Shown piece by piece: positions 9,630-18,375 of a stretch of DNA of 52,435 nt. The translations under genes were made by a program, and so were the position numbers. Positions within the stretch are counted from its first letter, which is position 1. Every line of letters starts with the position of its first letter. This stretch comes from Candidatus Doudnabacteria bacterium (GTDB lineage Bacteria; Patescibacteriota; Doudnabacteria; UBA920; O2-02-FULL-48-8). The notes beneath the pieces were generated by a model. The model ran no database searches. It had not been told where the DNA came from and saw only the letters and a program-made list of their open reading frames with translations. The stretch is from assembly GCA_016182875.1 (NCBI GenBank), contig JACPFQ010000002.1, positions 1 through 52,435 on the forward strand, read 5' to 3'.

Positions 9630-10841
9630 TCAGAACTTAGAACTAATCTTATAAATCACTCCAGCTTTGTCGTCAGAAACATATAAATCTCCGTCATGAA
9701 AAACGGCGTCTACCGGGCGGCCGAGGGCAGTTCCTCCTTGCAGCCATCCGGTGATAAAATCCTCAATGCCTTGATAATTTCCTTCATCGTCGAATTTAAT
9801 TCGAACGAGCTTATAGCCTGTCGGCGTTGAGCGATTCCACGAGCCGTGAAAAGCTACTATCAAGTCGTTCTCCCAATCATTCGGTCCAAATCCTTTGGGT
9901 ACAAATGCCAGACCTAATGGAGCGGAATGCGCCTGCATTTCGACGTGAGCGGGAGCTTTGCCGCCGCACTCTTTGCCAAACGGGTCGGGAGTGTTTTTGC
10001 CGTAACACGTCGGCCAGCCATAATCCCTACCCTCTTCGATTATGTTGATTTCTTCCGGCGGGATATCGTCGCCGAGTAAATCGCGGCCCATGTCGGTCCC
10101 CCACATTCTGCCATCTTTGTCCCAGGTGAAAAAAACCGTATTGCGCAGTCCCTTGGCGAAAAGTTTGAAGTCCGAACCGTCGGAATTCATGGAATAAATC
10201 GCAGCTCGTCTGGAATCGGATTCGTTGCATACATTGCAAGATGATCCTATGGATACAAAAAGTTTATCCGGTCTAAGATCGGGGTTGAAAATATCTCGGT
10301 CCCTTGGTTCAAACCCTATCGTTCTAGTAAAATGCCCTCCGCCTTCCGTCGGTAGGTCAGCGATCTTTGTCAATTTACTGTTATCCCAAAATATAGAACC
10401 TCGGGATATTTTGTTCTCTTCCGCGATATAGATAACATTATCATCACCGTTTATCTGAAATGTCAATCCATGCGGTTTACTAAGACTGGCATAAATATCT
10501 TTCTGGCTTACCAAATTCCCATCACGGTCCTTTTGTACTTCTGTTACTATTCCCTGCTGGGTGCGACTTACCCATAAATCTCCTGTGCCATCAAAAGCTA
10601 GGACGCGCGCTCCTGAGAGATTCTCGGCGAAAATTTCGATGGAAAACCCGTCTGGCAATTTAAGTGGCATGCCGGTTTTGTTCTCGCCGGGCTTGGGAAT
10701 AAGCTCAGCAATATCCTGCTTGGGCTCATTGATCGCCGGTCCCACCCCCCTCAAGTTTTTCCAGTAAAAATTAATGCCCCAAATCAAAACAAGCCCTAAG
10801 ATTACGAGTACTACATTACGATATAGTATTTTAGTATTCAT
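9630..10841 (-). CDS. PQQ-dependent sugar / sorbosone dehydrogenase family beta-propeller
   Basis: SIGSSCNVC, GLRNTV, DYGWP, AHSAPLG, HGSWN, GRPVD. Confidence 0.9.
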   Translation of the reverse strand: MNTKILYRNVVLVILGLVLIWGINFYWKNLRGVGPAINEPKQDIAELIPKPGENKTGMPLKLPDGFSIEIFAENLSGARVLAFDGTGDLWVSRTQQGIVTEVQKDRDGNLVSQKDIYASLSKPHGLTFQINGDDNVIYIAEENKISRGSIFWDNSKLTKIADLPTEGGGHFTRTIGFEPRDRDIFNPDLRPDKLFVSIGSSCNVCNESDSRRAAIYSMNSDGSDFKLFAKGLRNTVFFTWDKDGRMWGTDMGRDLLGDDIPPEEINIIEEGRDYGWPTCYGKNTPDPFGKECGGKAPAHVEMQAHSAPLGLAFVPKGFGPNDWENDLIVAFHGSWNRSTPTGYKLVRIKFDDEGNYQGIEDFITGWLQGGTALGRPVDAVFHDGDLYVSDDKAGVIYKISSKF

Positions 10842-11479
10842 ATTTCGAGCCAATTTTGTTCCCGCAGATCATTGAACTCAATCCCAACCTTAGGTAGCAA
10901 CATTTTCGGCAGAGCATGATGTCCGGTGAACATATTTATGTTAATCATGGCATCGTGGACCGGGAACGCGATCTTCGGCTTGATTTCCTTGGCATAATCA
11001 AGTGATTCAGAAATTTTGAGCCAGGGACCGGCCACTGGCAGGGCTAAAATTTCGACGTCTTTTTTTGGATTAAAAAGGTTGTCTCCGGGGTAGAAGAATC
11101 TGTCGCCAATCATAAACCCGGTATTTTGCACCTGCCCATATTCCTCGTAAATAACCGCATGCTTTTCGCCACGCCCTTCCAGGTTGATTCCCTTGAACTT
11201 ATCAGCCTGTCCATGCTCCAAAAGCCGGAAGCTTACACCTGATTCTGACAAAATTCTCCCCACCGCGCTATTGGTCCAAATTACAGCATCAGGACTGTTT
11301 TGCAAAATCATCTTGACCGAATCAATGTGCAAATGGTCAGGATGCTCATGGGTAATCAAAATTAGGTCGATATTTTTGACCTCGTTCTGAGCCGTACTCC
11401 AAGCGCCCGGGTCAGTAAGAATCCTGACCCCATTCTCTTCGATAAGCAAACAGCAGTGCCCAAGTTTGGTTATTCTCAT
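10838..11479 (-). CDS. MBL-fold metallo-hydrolase
   Basis: GHCCLLI, TDPG, THEHPDH, PGD, PVHD. Confidence 0.9.
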   Translation of the reverse strand: MRITKLGHCCLLIEENGVRILTDPGAWSTAQNEVKNIDLILITHEHPDHLHIDSVKMILQNSPDAVIWTNSAVGRILSESGVSFRLLEHGQADKFKGINLEGRGEKHAVIYEEYGQVQNTGFMIGDRFFYPGDNLFNPKKDVEILALPVAGPWLKISESLDYAKEIKPKIAFPVHDAMININMFTGHHALPKMLLPKVGIEFNDLREQNWLEI

Positions 11480-11483
11480 GGAT

Positions 11484-11810
11484 TTATTCTAACATATCGA
11501 TTTTAGCGGCAAGAATGAAGTCATTCTCGGAAAGCCCGCCTATGGCATGGGTCCAAAGCTCGACTTTGACCCGGCTGTAAGCAACGAACATGTCCGGATG
11601 ATGCCCCTCTTCCTGGGCGAGCAGAGCGACCTTGTTTACAAATCCCATGGTCTCCACGAAATTTTTGAACTTGAACTCCTTCCAGATTTTTTTGTCGTCA
11701 CTGTACCAGGACTTAACCTGGGTTAAGTATTTTTTGACCTCATCCGGCGCCATGGGCGGCATGCCAGATTCGCACGGCACGCATTTACGATGCGTTAGTT
11801 TGGTATTCAT
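11484..11810 (-). CDS. Pterin-4-alpha-carbinolamine dehydratase
   Basis: CVPC, EGHHPD, WTHAIGGLSENDFILAAKID. Confidence 0.93.
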   Translation of the reverse strand: MNTKLTHRKCVPCESGMPPMAPDEVKKYLTQVKSWYSDDKKIWKEFKFKNFVETMGFVNKVALLAQEEGHHPDMFVAYSRVKVELWTHAIGGLSENDFILAAKIDMLE

Positions 11811-11826
11811 AAAAATTCATGGGCGA

Positions 11827-11944
11827 GGACTAGTCGCAAAAACCAGCTTTCGCAGGGCCGCTCATCGGCCCGAGAACGCAGGTCGCAAAATTTGTGGCTT
11901 GATGCCCAAATTTTGACGACCGGTAGTTTTTGCCGATCTAGTCC
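11827..11944 (+). repeat. Structured repeat family A, copy 1
   Basis: Shares AAAAC..GCTTTCGCA..GAGAACGCAGGTCGCAAAAT..ATTTTGACGACCGGTAGTTTT with 18629 and 44370. Confidence 0.9.
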
Positions 11945-11947
11945 GAG

Positions 11948-12730
11948 CTAATAAGTATTAATTAAGCCTCTGTCGAGTGCTTTTCTGAAACTGCTTCTAA
12001 TATATACTATCGACAAGCTAAGATAAAACAAATTCAAAAGCAAGCTGATCCAAAATTTGTTCGGATCAAAATGCCCAGTATGAATAACCTCCCGCAAGCC
12101 TTCAAAAACATAACTCGTCGGAAGAATCGCGGCAACCTTTTGCGCCCACACCGGCAGAAAAGTCACTGGATAGTAAATGGCCGAAAAAGGGGCAAACAGC
12201 GACGTGAAGGTCCAAGCCATAAACTGAATTTTGGTCCCGTACCGGAAAACTATCCCGGCAATGAAAAATCCCATGAACCAGCCAGTCAGCATAAGCGAAA
12301 AGATGAACGGAATAAGATAAAAGCCATAGCTGAACACGGCTATTTTATACAAAAACAATGCGACCAAGCCAGTGAAAACGAAACCCAACAAGCCCTTGAT
12401 AATCCCGTTGACGACCACCGCAATCAGCCATTCGCTAAGCCTAAGCGGAGAAACAAAAATATTCACCAAGTTATGGCTCCAATATTCTTCCAGCAGGTTG
12501 ACCGAGACTTCGCCCTGAGTTCTGAAAATAATATGGTAAAAAATGATTCCCGAAATAATGATATTAATAATCAGCAAGTTGCCGGCCAAGCCCTCGACGT
12601 ACAAACCAGTCAACCCCCAAACAAACAAGTCAATCGTCGGCCAGTAGAAAGTGTCTGCGGCCCGGTCCGGGTTTCGAAACAATAGATAACTATAGCGCAA
12701 GATTATCGCGTAAACTCTCGACCAGCTCAT
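11948..12730 (-). CDS. ABC-2 type transporter permease
   Basis: About six TM segments, YYPVTFLP.W...P; coupled to the ATPase gene. Confidence 0.88.
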   Translation of the reverse strand: MSWSRVYAIILRYSYLLFRNPDRAADTFYWPTIDLFVWGLTGLYVEGLAGNLLIINIIISGIIFYHIIFRTQGEVSVNLLEEYWSHNLVNIFVSPLRLSEWLIAVVVNGIIKGLLGFVFTGLVALFLYKIAVFSYGFYLIPFIFSLMLTGWFMGFFIAGIVFRYGTKIQFMAWTFTSLFAPFSAIYYPVTFLPVWAQKVAAILPTSYVFEGLREVIHTGHFDPNKFWISLLLNLFYLSLSIVYIRSSFRKALDRGLINTY

Positions 12731-13647
12731 TCCTTGCCTCCTTTTGCCTTCTCCAAGAAGAAATCCTCCAGCGACGGCCGCTCAATGCTGATCTCGTCAT
12801 AGCTGATTCCGGATTCGCTTAGATTCTTCAAAAACGCGGGAATTTCTCTTTCTTTTATATCAATGATAACGTAGCGGCCGTCCTGCGTGTACGTCAATCC
12901 ATTCGCTTTACAGTACTCAAATAGTCTCGGCTGGATTGCAGTTACAACCAGCAGGCGCACATGCGAGATTTCAATTGTCTTCGCCAAATTCTCCGGGGTG
13001 TCGTCGGCGATTATTCTGCCGCGGTTGATGAAAACCACCCGATCGCAAAGCTCTTCGACTTCGGCCATATTATGGGACGTAATGATGATGGAAATCTGAA
13101 ATTGCTTGCGCTCGTTGGCCAAAAATTCCCTGATGTAGGCCGCGACTTCCGGATCCAGAGAAGCCGTGGGCTCGTCCAATAACAAAACTTTGGGGAAATT
13201 TATAAGGGCCTTGGCAATGTTCAGCCTGGTTGTCTGCCCCGCGGAAAGATGCCGAACTTCCTTGTTCAAAAGCGCTTCCAGCTGAAACGTCTTTACGATT
13301 TTATCAATTCGCGATTTTCTGTCATCTATCCGATAAAGATACGAAATAAAATTCAAGTTCTGTTTAACGGTCAAAAGCCAGGGCAGTTTGGTGTAGGCTG
13401 AGGAGAAATTCAGCTGTTCCAAAATCTCCGAGCGGTGTTTGTGAAAATCCCTACCAAAGTAGCTGACGCTTCCGCTCGTGGCCGTGGTCAGCCCCAACAA
13501 CATCTGGAGGGTGGTGGTTTTGCCCGCGCCGTTGGGTCCGAGCAAACCCAAAATTTCCCCTTCTTTGAGCTCGAAGGAGATATTGTCGACGGCCGTAAAT
13601 CTGCCGAATTTCTTCGTTAGATTTTTTACTTCCAAGATGTAATTCAT
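12727..13647 (-). CDS. ABC transporter ATP-binding protein
   Basis: GPNGAGKTT, LSAGQ, LLLDEPT, SH. Confidence 0.95.
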   Translation of the reverse strand: MNYILEVKNLTKKFGRFTAVDNISFELKEGEILGLLGPNGAGKTTTLQMLLGLTTATSGSVSYFGRDFHKHRSEILEQLNFSSAYTKLPWLLTVKQNLNFISYLYRIDDRKSRIDKIVKTFQLEALLNKEVRHLSAGQTTRLNIAKALINFPKVLLLDEPTASLDPEVAAYIREFLANERKQFQISIIITSHNMAEVEELCDRVVFINRGRIIADDTPENLAKTIEISHVRLLVVTAIQPRLFEYCKANGLTYTQDGRYVIIDIKEREIPAFLKNLSESGISYDEISIERPSLEDFFLEKAKGGKE

Positions 13648-13913
13648 GCTCTCTGGAAATCATTATACCCTTTTAGCTCCCGCTCCGAAACCTCGACTCT
13701 ATCAACGCGGGCATGCTTCGGCCCAACCCGGCACCATTCCACGAATCGATCTAAGGCTTCATCGCTTCCTTCCGCTTCGATAAAAACCGTGCCGTCCGAT
13801 TCATTGCGGGCAAAGCCGGTTACTCCAAGCTCTGAGGCTTTTTCCCTGGCATACAGCCTGAAATTCACCCCAACCACATCGCCAAAAATTCTAATGTTAT
13901 AATGTTTAAGCAT
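13644..13913 (-). CDS. acyP: Acylphosphatase
   Basis: GDVVGVNFR, GFARN..DGTV, GP..ARV. Confidence 0.9.
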   Translation of the reverse strand: MLKHYNIRIFGDVVGVNFRLYAREKASELGVTGFARNESDGTVFIEAEGSDEALDRFVEWCRVGPKHARVDRVEVSERELKGYNDFQRA

Positions 13914-15638
13914 ATGCCAAAAAAATATCTAATCGCCATCTTAATTATCGTAGGCTTTCTGCTTTTTGCCAATACCTTCAATAACCAAATGTTTTGGGAC
14001 GACGACGACATCATTCTCAAAAACCAGTTCGTCCATAATTTTGAACTTACAAAATTCTTCACCGAAAACCAGATTGCCGGCTCCGGCCTGGTAAGCAACT
14101 ACTGGCGGCCGTTCATGCTGTCCGTGTTTTCTATAGAGTGGCAAATCTGGAAGGACTGGCCGCCAGGTTATCACTTCGTCAATACGAGTTTGCACATCGC
14201 CAATGCTATTTTGCTCTTTTTTATCCTAAGAAAACTGTTGGCCTCGGTAGAGATTGCTTCGTCGCTACGCTCCTCGCAAATGCGCAATAACGCATCTGCG
14301 AGCGAAGCGAAGCAGTCTATTTCTAAGCTACTAGCTTTTCTTACAAGTCTTGTTTTTCTTATCCACCCCCTGCAAACCGAGGCTGTGGCCTATGTTTCGG
14401 GTCTGGCTGATCCCCTTTCTACATTCTTTATTCTCTTAGGAATACTCTTCTATCTCAAATTCAGAGGTACCTATTTTAGCCATGGCTACTTTAGGTACCG
14501 ATATTACTGGTTAACGATTGGTTGCTATATTGCCGCTGTTTTGTCGAAGGATACGGCCGTCATCATGCCGGCCATGTTAGCGATTACTGATTACTTCTAC
14601 CTTAAGGAGCAATCAATTAAAGCTAGGGTTTGGAAAGTCTTGAAATCCATATGGCCATTCTTTGCTTTGGCCGGCCTTTACTTGATACTGCGGGCCACAA
14701 CCCTAAATTTTAACAACACGTTCAATGTTTACGGAGAAGAAAATGCTTTCACCGAAAGTTTTGGAATTAGGCTGCTGACATTCTTTCGAGCCATGATCCT
14801 ATACATGCAGCTTCTGTTTTGGCCCCGCAGCCTGCATATGGAGCGGACTTTCGATATTCCTCACAGCCTGCTTATTCCTGACGTGCTATTCGGAGGGTTT
14901 GCAGCGATAGCTTTGCTGGCCGCAGCTTTCGCAACGGTCAAAAAATATCCAATTGTCAGCTTCGGGATTCTTTGGTTCTTTGCCCGGCTGTTTCCCAATT
15001 CCAACCTGCTGTTTCCCAACAGCGGCCTTATCTACGAACATTGGATGTACGTGCCGATGATCGGGATTTTTCTAGTTGTGATTTGGTTACTGCTAGAATT
15101 GACGCAAAAATTTAATGATAAAATAAAAAATTCGACTCTAGCTCAGTACGATTACATAAAAATATCGGTCGCTATTTTTATGTTATATCTAATTCCTTTG
15201 TCTGCAAAAACAATTTTCCGCAACAACGATTGGGACAACCCCATCAGATTCTACAACCAAACCCTGCGATACGCGCCGGGCAGTTATCGCGCCATTAACA
15301 ATTTGGGAATGGCCTATGCTGACGGCAAACAACATGACAAAGCAATCGAAGCTTACGAAAGGGCTATCGCGGTTGATCCAAATAACGCCGTAGCTCATCA
15401 CAATCTCGGCAACAGCTATAAGGAGCTTGGAAAGCTCGACTTAGCCGTTGAGCATTTCGAAAAGGCCATAAGCAAGGATTCGGATTTTCTTTTCTCGTAT
15501 AACGCCCTGCTTTCGTTCTACTTAAGCCAAAAGGACTATCAATCAGCTATTGAAGTTCTTGAACGCCTTAAACACAAAAATCCTAATGACCAAACTCTAG
15601 ATAAATTAATAGAACAGTTCAAAAGCCTCCGAAGATAA
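13914..15638 (+). CDS. GT-C fold membrane protein with C-terminal TPRs (TMTC/DUF1736-like)
   Basis: WDDD after TM1, YWRP, HPLQTEAV, many TMs, NNLG/HNLG TPR repeats; alternative ATG at 13902. Confidence 0.85.
   Translation: MPKKYLIAILIIVGFLLFANTFNNQMFWDDDDIILKNQFVHNFELTKFFTENQIAGSGLVSNYWRPFMLSVFSIEWQIWKDWPPGYHFVNTSLHIANAILLFFILRKLLASVEIASSLRSSQMRNNASASEAKQSISKLLAFLTSLVFLIHPLQTEAVAYVSGLADPLSTFFILLGILFYLKFRGTYFSHGYFRYRYYWLTIGCYIAAVLSKDTAVIMPAMLAITDYFYLKEQSIKARVWKVLKSIWPFFALAGLYLILRATTLNFNNTFNVYGEENAFTESFGIRLLTFFRAMILYMQLLFWPRSLHMERTFDIPHSLLIPDVLFGGFAAIALLAAAFATVKKYPIVSFGILWFFARLFPNSNLLFPNSGLIYEHWMYVPMIGIFLVVIWLLLELTQKFNDKIKNSTLAQYDYIKISVAIFMLYLIPLSAKTIFRNNDWDNPIRFYNQTLRYAPGSYRAINNLGMAYADGKQHDKAIEAYERAIAVDPNNAVAHHNLGNSYKELGKLDLAVEHFEKAISKDSDFLFSYNALLSFYLSQKDYQSAIEVLERLKHKNPNDQTLDKLIEQFKSLRR
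14251..14318. repeat. Palindromic element family B, in frame within CDS
   Basis: AGATTGCTTCG..CTCGCAAATGCG-caataa-CGCATCTGCGAG..CGAAGCAGTCT. Confidence 0.85.
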
Positions 15639-15657
15639 CCGGAAGCTTTTATCTTTA

Positions 15658-16089
15658 CTATTTCCAAAGAGCCAGTATCACGCCAAACACCAGCAGCTGC
15701 AGAAGATTGTAAGCGTTGTTGAAGCACCAAAGCTTCCAGGACTTTCCTTCCCACAACACGCTCCCCAGCGTCACCGGAGCTACAAACCCGAGCCAGTTCC
15801 AGAATCCGGTTTGCAAACCGGCCGAAACGCCTTCAGTTTTTAAATAGCTCTGCGCAAAAACTAAGGCATGCGCCAGGACATACGCCATAACCAGCGAACC
15901 GATGAAGGAAATGACGTAACCCTTGGTCGCTTCCTTTTTCATGGCTTCTTTCCTGGCTGTATCGTTTGGGTCCATACCCATCATGCGCATCCAGGTTTTG
16001 CCAAACAGCGCCCCGTACCAAACAAACCCCAAAACCATGCTGGCGATTCCGCAAACCAGCACAGCCCAATAATTGATAGGAACTTGCAT
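15658..16089 (-). CDS. DUF1761 family membrane protein
   Basis: INYWAVLV, GFVWYG..FGKTWM, four TMs; start ATG 16089. Confidence 0.85.
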   Translation of the reverse strand: MQVPINYWAVLVCGIASMVLGFVWYGALFGKTWMRMMGMDPNDTARKEAMKKEATKGYVISFIGSLVMAYVLAHALVFAQSYLKTEGVSAGLQTGFWNWLGFVAPVTLGSVLWEGKSWKLWCFNNAYNLLQLLVFGVILALWK

Positions 16090-16102
16090 AATTTTCCCCG
16101 AG

Positions 16103-16245
16103 ATAGATTGCTTCGTCCCCCGGATCGGAGTCCGGGGCTCTCGCAAATGCGAATGGGTTTGTAGCCTGCCGATTCATCGGCTGATAAATCAGCGAGCTAC
16201 TCGCAAATTCGCATCTGCGAGCCGCGTAGCGGCGCGGCAGTCTAT
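16103..16245. repeat. Family B palindromic element with nested GTAG-type hairpin
   Basis: Same arms as 14251; nested GTAGCCTGCCGATTCATCGGC..GCTAC at 16161-16200. Confidence 0.85.
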
Positions 16246-16394
16246 TAATTGCCTTTATTTGTTTTTACGGGTTCGTGGGAGTTATCCTCGCACGCGCACT
16301 CAACCAGTGGCTGGCCCTGCAAGCTGCAGCCTTCGGTGCCGCAGTTCTTGGCTGTCTCCGACACTCCCCCGCAAACCGGACAAACGTAATGCAT
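16245..16394 (-). CDS. 49-aa Cys-rich putative metal-binding protein (absent from ORF track)
   Basis: MHYVCPVCGGVSETAKNCGTEGCSLQGQPLVECACEDNSHEPVKTNKGN; fills the gap co-directionally. Confidence 0.75.
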   Translation of the reverse strand: MHYVCPVCGGVSETAKNCGTEGCSLQGQPLVECACEDNSHEPVKTNKGN

Positions 16395-16402
16395 AAGTTT
16401 TG

Positions 16403-16475
16403 TGTCATCCTGAACTTGATTCAGGATCTAGAACTAAAGCTTGAACTGGATTCCGGATCGATGTCCGGAATGACA
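16403..16475. repeat. Palindromic element family C
   Basis: TGTCATCCTGAACTTGATTCAGGATCT...GATTCCGGATCGATGTCCGGAATGACA: two hairpins inside TGTCAT/ATGACA ends. Confidence 0.8.
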
Positions 16476-16485
16476 GTAAGACTTT

Positions 16486-17256
16486 TTATTTTATCTCAAA
16501 CACTACCGTTATTGACGCTGTAATATCCTGGCTTCCCTGCTCAACCTGGGGCGCTCCGCCGCGTCCACCCAAGTCAGGCGCTGCCATGCCTTTTTCGTAC
16601 ATCATGGGAATAGGCGTTGCATAGCTTCCCTCGGAAATGCTCACGACCTTGCCCAGGCGCAGGCCCGCTTCCGCAGCCAGCTCAACTGCTTTTTCTTTGG
16701 CTTTGGCAATCGCCTGCTTCCTGGCCTGCTGGCGCAGGTTGTCGGCGTCATCGAACGTAAAGTAGACCCCGCCGATTTCATTGGCTCCGTTGTTGGTTGC
16801 GCCGACCAAAATATTGCTGACTTTTTCCGTAGAATTTTCAATACCCCGCACCTTAACCGTGACAGTTTGGTTGGCCTGATAGCCCGTAATCTTATTCGTG
16901 CCTTCTCGGTAATCGTACGTCGGGTAAATGGAAAACTGCGAAGTGGCGATGTCTTTTTTATCCACCCCTTGTTTTTTTACGAAATCAATTATCTGATTTA
17001 TTTTCTTGCTGCTCTCGTCTTCCACGAATTTAGCCGTAGAGCCGGTGGTAAGTACCCCCACATTAATCACGGCCAGGTCCGGCACAGCCGCGACTTTTCC
17101 TTCGGCCGAAATCGAAATTGTATTCTCCGGTTTCTTGGGGCTGATGGTTTTTGCGACCGTGTAGATTTTTTCGACAACCAGCAAAACCACGAACGCCGCC
17201 AATGCCCCGGCGAGCAGAACTACGAGCCACTTTGGCAAATTGTATTTTGTTTCCAT
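16486..17256 (-). CDS. SIMPL domain protein (DUF541/BP26)
   Basis: N-terminal TM, AEGKV..VPDLA, I.T..FSIYP.YDY, AIAKAKEKA..LA, V.FEI. Confidence 0.92.
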   Translation of the reverse strand: METKYNLPKWLVVLLAGALAAFVVLLVVEKIYTVAKTISPKKPENTISISAEGKVAAVPDLAVINVGVLTTGSTAKFVEDESSKKINQIIDFVKKQGVDKKDIATSQFSIYPTYDYREGTNKITGYQANQTVTVKVRGIENSTEKVSNILVGATNNGANEIGGVYFTFDDADNLRQQARKQAIAKAKEKAVELAAEAGLRLGKVVSISEGSYATPIPMMYEKGMAAPDLGGRGGAPQVEQGSQDITASITVVFEIK

Positions 17257-17299
17257 TTATTGGTAAATTCGTAAATTAGTACTTCGTAAAATTCAGGAA

Positions 17300-17690
17300 G
17301 AAAAATGGCCTCCTAAAAAAGTCGGGAAGCCAGCGGTGGGGGAAATGAGCCAGACACGCCTGGGTCGAACAACGTTGTGGTACAGCCAGATGCGGCCGAC
17401 CCACGTCCCCCTCCCGACTGGGGTAGGCATTGCGCCTACCTACGGCAACACAAACTCCTACGCCTTCTTCAGCGCCTAGTTGGTGTTGTTGTTGCCGTTG
17501 TTGGTCGTGTTCTGCATCGCGATGCTCCTTCTGTGTACTTTCGTGTACGCCGGTTATCCGCCCGGCGCGTGAGGGCCCACGTCAGGATGAAATCTTGCCA
17601 CAATGGCAAAATAAAAAGCGGTCTGATTCGTCGACCTCCTTTCTGTTGCTTTTGCCACTGCAACTCAAACCTCAACCGGACAATGGCCTA
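17300..17690 (-). ncRNA. Putative structured RNA or leader containing a 13-codon Asn-rich ORF
   Basis: Several long stems, upstream TTGACG-17-CACACT, T-tract after the last stem; family not recognised. Confidence 0.4.
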
Positions 17691-17761
17691 CTAATAGTGT
17701 GAAATATTTATTTGCTCCCGTCAAGCACAGTTATTAACATTCTTTGCCTATCATAGAATTT

Positions 17762-17872
17762 AAGCGATAGGCCGCAATTCTTCCCCTCCTAGGATAGGAG
17801 GGGGCAGGGGAGGTACGGTTAAAGCCCTAACTTTCTACCAGTCCCCGACGGCTGGTGAGGTAGAGAATTTCT
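17762..17872 (-). repeat. Repeat family D, copy 1
   Basis: Reverse complement shares ACCGTACCTCCCC, CCCCTCCTATCCTAGGAGGGGAA and CTACCTCAC modules with 38793-38935. Confidence 0.85.
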
Positions 17873-17954
17873 CTTAGTCTCCCCTATTCTAGGGGAGAAA
17901 TCCTGGCGCTTGCGACAAGAGAACGGGTAGTTTTTGCGGCTATGCCCGATCGAC

Positions 17955-17995
17955 AAAAAACGAGCAACCAATCAACGAAATGGTGCTCGTTTTTG
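17955..17995. terminator. Hairpin with A/T tracts, possibly bidirectional
   Basis: AAAAACGAGCA...TGCTCGTTTTT. Confidence 0.55.
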
Positions 17996-18183
17996 AATGA
18001 GCGGAGGGTCAGCGCCGATGCCGACCCTCCCCTGATGTCGCTTGCCCCCTTACAAGCGGTGATGGGGTACTTGCCGATTTGCGGATTTGAGGTGGACTTG
18101 TACCGCCCTTGCCGCTGCCAGCTTGCCCACTTGGCAACTCAACAGCCGGGCGGATGGGCCCTTCCCTCACGAGTCCACACAGC

Positions 18184-18375
18184 TCAATCCGTCGTCCTCC
18201 CTTCGTCTGCGTCAGGCGAAGCATCTTCATCTGACGAGTCTGGATCGACGCCCGCGAGAACGGGCTCATCGGAGTTGTCAAATTCAGCTCTGCGGTCACC
18301 TCGCTTGTCGTTACCGCTTCTTCGCGGAGACCGAGCGGTTCTCGTACTCGCCCGCGTTCGCTTGGACGTCGGCAT
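18184..18375 (-). CDS. 63-aa low-complexity hypothetical protein (basic N-half, acidic C-half)
   Basis: SD AAGGAGG ahead of ATG 18375; MPTSKRTRAS...DADEGRTTD. Confidence 0.45.
   Translation of the reverse strand: MPTSKRTRASTRTARSPRRSGNDKRGDRRAEFDNSDEPVLAGVDPDSSDEDASPDADEGRTTD

Noticed and set aside
11827-11944. Hammerhead ribozyme
   Set aside because: No CTGATGA core paired with GAAA on either strand
17293-17517. Genome-wide TAG recoding suggested by three in-frame ambers
   Set aside because: Conserved genes here (fmt, the P-type ATPase) end at TAG, so TAG is a normal stop
17300-17690. RNase P RNA, SRP RNA or standard tmRNA
   Set aside because: No GAGGAAAGTCC, no SRP domain IV motif, no T-arm with CCA end seen
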